Below, piece after piece: positions 1 through 6,460 of a stretch of 51,228 nt of DNA. Positions within the stretch are counted from its first letter, which is position 1; each line of letters opens with the position of its first letter. Source of the stretch: a virus (lineage: Duplodnaviria > Caudoviricetes); the IMG/VR virus record IMGVR_UViG_3300044841_000145, positions 1 through 51,228 of that record. One strand, 5' to 3'. Under the pieces are notes generated by a model. The model saw only the letters and a program-made list of their open reading frames with translations, had not been told where the DNA came from and searched no databases. A program made the translations under genes and the position numbers.

Positions 1-327
1 ATCATGATCGAGCCGGAGGGTGGCGCCGACCAAGGCCCCGCCTCCCCGGACCGTGCACCGCAAGCCGGGCCGGCCGCCACGGTCGAGATCCCCCGCGCCG
101 AGCAGGACGCCGCGGTGATCCTGTTCGCCGGCGGTGAGGGCGCGGCCGACAACGGCGCCCGGCTCCAGGGCGGACAGCTGCAGGTCCACGACCGGGCCGC
201 CGCCGTGGACGCGATCGACTCGATGATCCGAGACCTCGGAACCGCATCGTCGGGCCCCGAGGCTGATCTGCGCCGCACCTACGAACGCATCCGCGAACGC
301 ATCCAGCAAGCACCGGAGGAACAGTGA
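1..327 (+). CDS. C-terminal part of upstream head-module protein (portal/head morphogenesis region), 5'-truncated
   Basis: Open frame from base 1 with high-GC codon usage; its TGA overlaps the GTG of the protease gene (GTGA at 324-327). Confidence 0.55.
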   Translation: MMIEPEGGADQGPASPDRAPQAGPAATVEIPRAEQDAAVILFAGGEGAADNGARLQGGQLQVHDRAAAVDAIDSMIRDLGTASSGPEADLRRTYERIRERIQQAPEEQ

Positions 328-3300
328 CCGCACCAGCTGTGGAGGCGGTCGACCCGGCCGTCGAGATCGCCGACGAGACCGCGGGGGAGCTGCGTGTCCG
401 CTTCCCCGTCCTCGTCATCGAAGGCATGCCAACCAGCGACGGCCGCCTGATCGAGCCGGGCGCGCTCACCCCGCGGGCTCTGCCGCTGTCGCTGCTCGCG
501 CAGGCCGAGGCGTCACACGGCGGTGACGACCCCGGTCCGGCCGTGGTGATCGGCCGGCTGGACAGCATGGAGCGCCGACCCGGCCCCGAGGTCACCTCGC
601 GCCGGACGGGCGAGCCGTTCCCCGAGGGCACCTTCGTGTGGTCCGCCGAAGGCGTGATCGACGCCAACCATCCCGTCGCCGATCTCGTGCGCCGCGGCTT
701 CCTTCGCGGTGTGTCCGTCGACCTGGCCGGCATGGACTACGAGATCGTCGGGGACGACGGGGCGCCGATGGCCGACGGGGACTGGGGCTCGGGCGGGCGG
801 CTCATCACGCACGCGGCTGAGTTGGCCGCGGCCACCCTGGTCCCCGTTCCTGCGTTCGGGGACGCGTACGGCGAGCTCGCCGACGATCCCGAGCCGCTCG
901 TGCCTGTTGCACCGGAGGACCTGCCCGAAGGCCTGCTCGCGTCCGCTGTGCCGGCCTGGCGTTCACCGGAGGTCGGTGACCTGGTCGCAGTCGTCGCGGC
1001 CGCGACAAGCGGAAGTTACGTCGAGCAGATGCGCGACCGGATCGTCGAGGTGCTCGGCGCCGACGAGATCGAGGGTTGGGGTGAGAACGCCGAGCGCCTG
1101 CTGGACCTCTACACGCTGCTCGCGCTCACGCGCGGCGCAGACGTCACCCCGGAGGACGCCCACGACGTCTGGTCTGTCGCGATCTCGCGCACCGACCCCA
1201 CCCATCGGTCCCTCATCCCGTTCGATGAGCTTGCGCCCGACGTGCAGGCCATGGATGACAAGTACCGCGACGCGATCGTGACCGCGGCTACCGCGCCGGG
1301 GGAGGGCGGGGCAGCGATCACCGCCGCCGCCGACGAGGGCATGCCCGTCCGCATCCCCCCGGATTCCGTGGAGCAGCTCACCGCCGTGATCGACACCGGC
1401 GCGGAGCGGGACGCCACCGACCTGGCCACGGCGATCGTCGAGCACATCGCGCAGCAGTGGGCGCTCGACGAGCCGGTCACGGAGGACGAGCTGCCTGCTG
1501 ATGAGGCTGTGGTGGCCGCGGCGAGCGAGGAGCAGGGCGGCTTCCCCGAGGACCCGCAGCCGTGCTCGGTCGGCGACGAGCCTGCCGTGGAATCCATCGT
1601 GTTCAGGGATGGATCGGCGTATGCGGCAGTCTGTGCGGAGCATCGCCAGCAGGTGCTTGATGAGCTGGCTGCGGCGGGCGAGGTCGTGGACGAGATCGTG
1701 CCCATCGGGGCGGCCGAGGAAGGGGCGCCGGTTGAGCCGGTCGTCGCTGCCGCCGGCGAGCCGCACACCGGCGGGATGATCGCCCTCATCCCAGCCGACC
1801 CCAGTGCGCTCGTCGTGGACGGCGGGGACCCGGCGGAGGACCTGCACCTGACGCTGGCCTACCTGGGCGACGACGTCACCGGCATGGACGAGGAGGTCCG
1901 GGCTGCTCTACTGGCTGACGTCGAGGCGCAGGCCGCCACGCTTCCGCCCGTCGAGGCGGAGGTGATGGGGCACGCCGCGTTCAACCCGACCGGCGCGAAC
2001 GACCGGGAGCCGTGCGCCGTGTACCTCGTGTCGGGGCCGGGCCTGCCGGACGTGAAGGCCGCGTTTGCCGCGCACGACGTGGGGGACCACCCGGTCTTTT
2101 TGCCGCACATCACCGCGGCGTATGGACTTGAGCCGAGCGCGCTCAACTTCGTGGGCCCCGTGGTGTTCGACCGGTTCCGTGTCGCCCTGGGCGAGGACGT
2201 CCACGACTTCCCGCTCGGTGCGCCGGCCGAGGTCGAGGACGAGCCAGCCGCGCAGCCGGACGAGATCGTCGCCGCCGTCAGTGCCACACCCGTCAGCCTG
2301 GATCCCGCCCGGCCGACACTCGACCAGGAGACCTCCGTGACCGCAGCCGCCGCCGTCCGTCCACCCGCAGACTGGTTCACCGACCCGCAGCTCGACGGGC
2401 CCACCGCGCTCCGCGTCACCGAGGACGGCCGCGTCTACGGCCACGCGGCACTGTGGGACACGGTGCACATCGGGCAGCCCAACGCCCGCATCCGCCCGCC
2501 CCGTTCGACCACCGGGTACGCGTACTACCGGACCGGCGCGGTGCTGTGCGACGACGGCAGCGAGGTGGCTGTCGGGCCGATCACCATCGACTGCGGCCAC
2601 GCTGGCACCGACCTCGGACGGATGGCGACAGTCCGCCACTACGACGACGTCGGGACCGCGGTCGCGGATGCAGCGGTCGGGGAGGACGAGCACGGCATAT
2701 GGGTGGCCGGCGCGCTCCGGGCGACCGTTGACGAGGTGACGGCGGCCCGGCTGAGAGCCTCCTCGCTGAGTGGGGACTGGCGCCGAGTCGGGTCGTCGCT
2801 CGAACTGTGCGCCCTCCTGGCCGTCAACGTGCCCGGGTTCCCCATCCCACGCGCGCGGGTGGCGTCAGGCGAGCCGATGGCGCTCGTCGCGGCCGGTGCG
2901 CTCCGCCCGGAGGAGACGCCTGAGTCTGCCGGGACGGCGACGTTCGACTACGACACGCTCGCCGAGGCGCTCGCGTCGAGGCTGGACGCCCGCCGCGAGG
3001 CCGGCGAACTCTCCGCCCGTCACGCCGCCCTCGTGTCCGAACTGGACGACACCCCGGCGGTCGTGGCCGCTCTCCTCGCGGAGGTGGATGACTCGCCGCA
3101 CCGCGCGGCTGAGCTGTTCGCCGAGCTCGACAACGAGTCCTTCCTGTCCGGGATGCCGCCCCAGCTCAAGGCTGAGTGGCTGGCCGGGGCGATCGCGGCT
3201 CGGATCGCTTACGGGACCCCAGGCCAATTCGAGCGGTGCCAGGCCATCGCACGGGAGAAGGGCGCCCCGGGGCAGCAAATCGACGGGATGTGCGCCGATC

Positions 3301-3344
3301 TCATCCGGGAGGCCACGGGGCGAGAGCCTGGCGACCATGGCTGA
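324..3344 (+). CDS. Capsid maturation protease polyprotein with internal 2H phosphoesterase (2'-5' RNA ligase-like) and other accessory domains
   Basis: 1006 aa. N-terminal prohead-protease-like segment (EGMPTSDGR...LRGVSVD...ATLVPVPAF). 2H motifs HLTLAYLG (1845-1853) and PHITAAY (2106-2114). Conserved actinophage segment GRVYGH...HYDD...GEDEHGIWVAG...SLSGDWR...AVNVPGFP. Located upstream of the capsid gene. Confidence 0.8.
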   Translation: MTAPAVEAVDPAVEIADETAGELRVRFPVLVIEGMPTSDGRLIEPGALTPRALPLSLLAQAEASHGGDDPGPAVVIGRLDSMERRPGPEVTSRRTGEPFPEGTFVWSAEGVIDANHPVADLVRRGFLRGVSVDLAGMDYEIVGDDGAPMADGDWGSGGRLITHAAELAAATLVPVPAFGDAYGELADDPEPLVPVAPEDLPEGLLASAVPAWRSPEVGDLVAVVAAATSGSYVEQMRDRIVEVLGADEIEGWGENAERLLDLYTLLALTRGADVTPEDAHDVWSVAISRTDPTHRSLIPFDELAPDVQAMDDKYRDAIVTAATAPGEGGAAITAAADEGMPVRIPPDSVEQLTAVIDTGAERDATDLATAIVEHIAQQWALDEPVTEDELPADEAVVAAASEEQGGFPEDPQPCSVGDEPAVESIVFRDGSAYAAVCAEHRQQVLDELAAAGEVVDEIVPIGAAEEGAPVEPVVAAAGEPHTGGMIALIPADPSALVVDGGDPAEDLHLTLAYLGDDVTGMDEEVRAALLADVEAQAATLPPVEAEVMGHAAFNPTGANDREPCAVYLVSGPGLPDVKAAFAAHDVGDHPVFLPHITAAYGLEPSALNFVGPVVFDRFRVALGEDVHDFPLGAPAEVEDEPAAQPDEIVAAVSATPVSLDPARPTLDQETSVTAAAAVRPPADWFTDPQLDGPTALRVTEDGRVYGHAALWDTVHIGQPNARIRPPRSTTGYAYYRTGAVLCDDGSEVAVGPITIDCGHAGTDLGRMATVRHYDDVGTAVADAAVGEDEHGIWVAGALRATVDEVTAARLRASSLSGDWRRVGSSLELCALLAVNVPGFPIPRARVASGEPMALVAAGALRPEETPESAGTATFDYDTLAEALASRLDARREAGELSARHAALVSELDDTPAVVAALLAEVDDSPHRAAELFAELDNESFLSGMPPQLKAEWLAGAIAARIAYGTPGQFERCQAIAREKGAPGQQIDGMCADLIREATGREPGDHG

Positions 3345-3621
3345 CGACGCCCGCACCCTCGTAGTGGCCGACCTCCGCGCCCGCGGCTGGGACAACGTCG
3401 CCGACGACCTCCGGGACCGGCCTGCGCGCCGACGCCGTAAAGGCCCGTCGATCCAGGACGCCTACGTGACCGCGCTCGACCTGGCCGTGCACCTGCGCCG
3501 CGCCGCTGCGGCTGGGGTGGAGGAGGGCAACGCCTACGAGTTCACCCTGACGATGGCGCGGGTGCTGAGGCGTCGGCTCGATGAGGGACACGCGTCTGCC
3601 CGGGCGCCGGAGGGCGAATAG
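3337..3621 (+). CDS. Hypothetical protein (94 aa)
   Basis: ATG at 3337 overlaps the end of the protease gene; followed by a terminator hairpin. Confidence 0.55.
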   Translation: MADDARTLVVADLRARGWDNVADDLRDRPARRRRKGPSIQDAYVTALDLAVHLRRAAAAGVEEGNAYEFTLTMARVLRRRLDEGHASARAPEGE

Positions 3622-3652
3622 CAGAGGCTCGGGGAGTCCTGCTCCCCAGCGT

Positions 3653-3694
3653 GAACGACCCGGTCACCAACCCCCCGAGGTGGCCGGGTCGTTC
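3653..3694 (+). terminator. Intrinsic terminator-like hairpin
   Basis: GAACGACCCGGTCACC-loop-GGTGGCCGGGTCGTTC inverted repeat directly after the ORF. Confidence 0.65.
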
Positions 3695-3764
3695 CGTGTG
3701 GCGCCGGACCAGGCTGGGGCCTCCCGCCCGGAAATGGGCTCCGTAGGCGTGTCGCTCCGTATCC

Positions 3765-3787
3765 TAACTGCCCGGTTCAGTTACACT
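3765..3787 (+). promoter_or_regulatory. Leaderless promoter (-10 TACACT) overlapped by palindrome TAACTG-N7-CAGTTA, probable recombinase binding/res site
   Basis: TACACT at 3782-3787 lies 7 nt before ATG 3795; inverted repeat at 3765-3783. Confidence 0.55.
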
Positions 3788-3794
3788 GCTGGTC

Positions 3795-4505
3795 ATGAGG
3801 CTCTACGCCTATTTGCGCGTTTCATCCGCAGGGCAGATCGACGCATGGGGTCTCGACCGACAGGAAGCCGCGATCCGGCAGTACGCCAAGACTGGTGGGC
3901 ACCGCATCGCGGCGTGGTACCGCGACGAAGGCGTCAGTGGAACCATCGAAGCGCTCGACCGACCGCAACTGTCGGCCGCCATCCGCGACCTGCGGCCAGG
4001 CATCGACGGGATCTTGGTTGCAGACCTAGATCGTTTCGCCCGCTCGCTCACTGTCCAGGAGGCCGCGCTCGCCGTCATCTGGCGCGCGGGCGGCAAGGTC
4101 TTCACTGCGACGAGCGGCGAGGTCCACACCGACGACCCGGATGACCCCGGCAGAACGCTCATTCGTCAGGTGATGGGCGCGGTCATCGAGTTCGAGAAGC
4201 GCCAAGCTGTCAAGCGCATGCGCGGCGGGATGCTCGCCAAGGCGGCCACCGGCCGTAAGGCGACCGGCTCCTACGCGTTCGGCTACCGCGGCGAGGGCAA
4301 GGGCCGCGAACGCGACGCCAAGCCCGACCCGGAGGAGCAGCCGACCATCCGCGCCATCCTCGACCTGCGCGCCGCTGGCGCCTCCTACCGTGAGATCTGC
4401 GACGCCCTCAACCTCGCAGGTCACCGCACCAAGCGCGGGGGCGACTGGTCCCCCATGACCGTCAAGCGGATCCACGACCGCGAGACCGGCCAGGTGACGG
4501 CGTGA
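3795..4505 (+). CDS. Small serine recombinase (resolvase/invertase family with C-terminal DNA-binding domain)
   Basis: YAYLRVSS catalytic serine motif, DEGVSG, RPQL, DLDRFARS; C-terminal GASYREICDALN...WSPMTVKRI. Confidence 0.92.
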   Translation: MRLYAYLRVSSAGQIDAWGLDRQEAAIRQYAKTGGHRIAAWYRDEGVSGTIEALDRPQLSAAIRDLRPGIDGILVADLDRFARSLTVQEAALAVIWRAGGKVFTATSGEVHTDDPDDPGRTLIRQVMGAVIEFEKRQAVKRMRGGMLAKAATGRKATGSYAFGYRGEGKGRERDAKPDPEEQPTIRAILDLRAAGASYREICDALNLAGHRTKRGGDWSPMTVKRIHDRETGQVTA

Positions 4506-5017
4506 TCTACGACGTCCCGCCCGAGGCGGGAGTTGTCCAGTCGGACGCCATGATCGACCCGTTGGAGCCGCTGCGCATCCATCAGGATGGGCGTTGCGCC
4601 ATCTGCGAAGAAGCTAAGGCTCTCCTCGTCGACCACGACCACGAGACGATGCTGGTGCGAGGACTGTTGTGCGCTCGCTGCAACGTCAGCGAGGGCGCGA
4701 AGAGCTACCCGTGGTTGCGGGCGTACCGGGCGAATCCGCCAGCCGCGCAGATTGGACTGGTCGTGCGCTACGGCCAGCACAAGCCACGGCTCCCTGAGGA
4801 ATTGCGCCCCAAGGCGCCGCGCCGCAAGCGCGACGCGCAGGGCATGAACTCTCTGGAGCGGCTAGCGCTTGCAGCTGCGGACCGGCCGCACTGGTCGCCG
4901 ACTTTGCCGGACGACCCGGAGGCGGCGGAGGCCGTCGCCGAGTGGTGGCGCATTCTGCGCGCGATCGGCGAGTCGGTCCAGGAGTGGCGCGCCGAGGATG
5001 CGGCCGAGCAAAGCTGA
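4502..5017 (+). CDS. Endonuclease VII (His-Me finger) domain protein
   Basis: CAIC...LVDHDHET..VRGLLC.RCN signature; coupled to the recombinase by a GTGA overlap. Confidence 0.85.
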   Translation: MIYDVPPEAGVVQSDAMIDPLEPLRIHQDGRCAICEEAKALLVDHDHETMLVRGLLCARCNVSEGAKSYPWLRAYRANPPAAQIGLVVRYGQHKPRLPEELRPKAPRRKRDAQGMNSLERLALAAADRPHWSPTLPDDPEAAEAVAEWWRILRAIGESVQEWRAEDAAEQS

Positions 5018-5023
5018 GACGAG

Positions 5024-5063
5024 CTCGGCCCCGCCCGGTGCGTGAACATCCGGCGGGGCCGAG
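5024..5063. terminator. Bidirectional terminator hairpin between convergent genes
   Basis: CTCGGCCCCGCC...GGCGGGGCCGAG perfect 12-bp stem. Confidence 0.7.
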
Positions 5064-5078
5064 GTCATAGCTCCGGCG

Positions 5079-5459
5079 TCACTGGCCGCTGGACCGGTAC
5101 TCCCGCAGCCGGTCAGGGTCGCCAGCACTGAACACAACCTCGCCGTTGTCCTCGCGGGCCACGACCCAGTCCGGGCCGATGCCTTCGATGACCTTGTCGC
5201 TGTAGCTGTCGCGGCCGAACGCGCCGCCGCAGAACCAGCGGAGGGTCTGCCCGACCTGCAGTGGGCCGTCGTCGTCCATGGTCGTGGCCCTCTCCTCGGG
5301 GACCATCTCGACGAGAGCTTCCAGTTGACTGGTGGTGACCAGCTCGCCCGGGAACTCGGGGGCCATCCAGTTGTCGGTGCCCGGGATGCGGACACGGATG
5401 GTGCCGGTCGCGTTGTTCCGGACTCGGGTCGCGGTGGAGAAGTCGCGGGTCTTGCTCAT
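5079..5459 (-). CDS. Hypothetical protein (126 aa)
   Basis: ATG preceded by GAGGAGG RBS and overlapping the stop of the upstream gene; contains a FCGGAFGRDSY..K.IE..G.DWVVARE segment typical of phage small proteins. Confidence 0.7.
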   Translation of the reverse strand: MSKTRDFSTATRVRNNATGTIRVRIPGTDNWMAPEFPGELVTTSQLEALVEMVPEERATTMDDDGPLQVGQTLRWFCGGAFGRDSYSDKVIEGIGPDWVVAREDNGEVVFSAGDPDRLREYRSSGQ

Positions 5460-5785
5460 GTCCCCTCCTCGGGGTTCGGGGTGTGGTCGGTCAGGTACTT
5501 CCGGCAGGTGCATCCCCGGCCGTAACCGCAGACGCCGTAGTCGCCTTCGCCCTCAGCGACGTGGTAGTTCCGCGTGTGGCCGCAGGTGCAGTCGGTGGTC
5601 TCGGTACGCCGCCCCTGCCCGGCACGCCAGCCCTTGCCGGGGCGTTCGAGCTTCTCGACCTCGTCGCGTGGCCAGCCGGAGAGGTGGGGGATTCCGGCGC
5701 GGGACATGGCCTTTCGGACCTGGTCGACGGGGATGTCGAGGTGGTCGGCGACCTCGTCGCGGGACATGAGCGGGTCGGGCGTCAC
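5456..5785 (-). CDS. HTH DNA-binding protein (MerR/excisionase-like) with GQGxRT tail and C-terminal Cys/His cluster
   Basis: MSRDEVADHLDIPVDQVRKAM HTH; RAGQGRRT; CTCGH...H...C...CTC. GTGA overlap with the upstream gene. Confidence 0.7.
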   Translation of the reverse strand: MTPDPLMSRDEVADHLDIPVDQVRKAMSRAGIPHLSGWPRDEVEKLERPGKGWRAGQGRRTETTDCTCGHTRNYHVAEGEGDYGVCGYGRGCTCRKYLTDHTPNPEEGT

Positions 5786-6222
5786 GTGGTGCCCCTCGCG
5801 GCGCGGTCGCGGGCCTGGTCGATCGCCTCGTAGAGGTGCGGGAGGTGCTCGTAGGCGATCTCCATTGTGTGGATCTCGCGTGCCTCCGTGCCGACGTCGC
5901 TGAGTCCGTACAGGTGCGCAGGGCCGCTGACCGTGAGGGCGCCCTCGTTGCTGAGGTTGACAGTCCACGGGTCGGTGTCGTTGGGCGTGACCTGGGCGGT
6001 CTTGCGTGTGGACACGTCGCCGAGGGCAGCTCGGAACGCAGGCACGAGGGCGGACGGGACGGTGAACTGACCGAATGAGGCGCGGTCGCGAGTCCAGGGC
6101 TCGGCGAGGCGGGCGGGCAGTCCAGGGCCGGTCGTCTCACTGGTGCCGAGGTAGAACGACTCGCTGCGCAGCTCGGCGTGAAACGGCGCAGCGGTCGGGG
6201 TCAGCTCGATGATTGCTCCCAT
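5782..6222 (-). CDS. Hypothetical protein (146 aa), first gene of a leftward moron operon
   Basis: ATG lies 6 nt after a canonical -10 element; typical codon usage. Confidence 0.7.
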   Translation of the reverse strand: MGAIIELTPTAAPFHAELRSESFYLGTSETTGPGLPARLAEPWTRDRASFGQFTVPSALVPAFRAALGDVSTRKTAQVTPNDTDPWTVNLSNEGALTVSGPAHLYGLSDVGTEAREIHTMEIAYEHLPHLYEAIDQARDRAARGTT

Positions 6223-6228
6223 GGGGCT

Positions 6229-6257
6229 AACCTAGTCCCGCTGCGGGACATCGTCAA
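6229..6257 (-). promoter_or_regulatory. SigA-type leaderless promoter TTGACG-17-TAGGTT with palindromic operator GTCCCGC-A-GCGGGAC in the spacer
   Basis: -35 at 6252-6257, -10 at 6229-6234, perfect 7-1-7 palindrome at 6235-6249. Confidence 0.75.
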
Positions 6258-6294
6258 GCCACTTGAGTGTTGACGCGCTCCTGCGCTACCCCCC

Positions 6295-6337
6295 GACACG
6301 CGACTCTCCTCCCCCCGCGCGCGCCCGGCCTGACTAT
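6295..6337 (+). promoter_or_regulatory. Putative late promoter of the capsid operon (GACACGCGACT box plus -10-like GACTAT)
   Basis: The same 11-mer recurs in intergenic DNA at 27360 and 32693 with fixed spacing to start codons. Confidence 0.55.
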
Positions 6338-6460
6338 CGCTGATCAAGGAAGAGGGATCGCGCCCGTCTGACGCCTAGCGCCAGGCACCAGCGCCTCCGG
6401 CCTAGCCGAGCCCCCTCGCCCGAGGACTCCGCTCCCCAGCGCCGGAAAGGCCCCAACGAC

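Noticed and set aside
3587-3597. GACACGCGTCT as another late box
   Set aside because: It lies inside a coding region, has no start codon at +39 and is followed by a terminator; possibly a relic, so not counted.
3795-5017. IS607/TnpB-type element
   Set aside because: The recombinase lacks the N-terminal HTH of IS607 TnpA, and the partner is endonuclease VII rather than a RuvC/TnpB protein.
3641-6441. GCTCCCCAGCG direct repeat (3641-3651 and 6431-6441) as ends of the insertion
   Set aside because: Only 11 bp in GC-rich DNA, and excision between the copies would delete the capsid promoter and leader. Cannot be supported without an empty-site allele.
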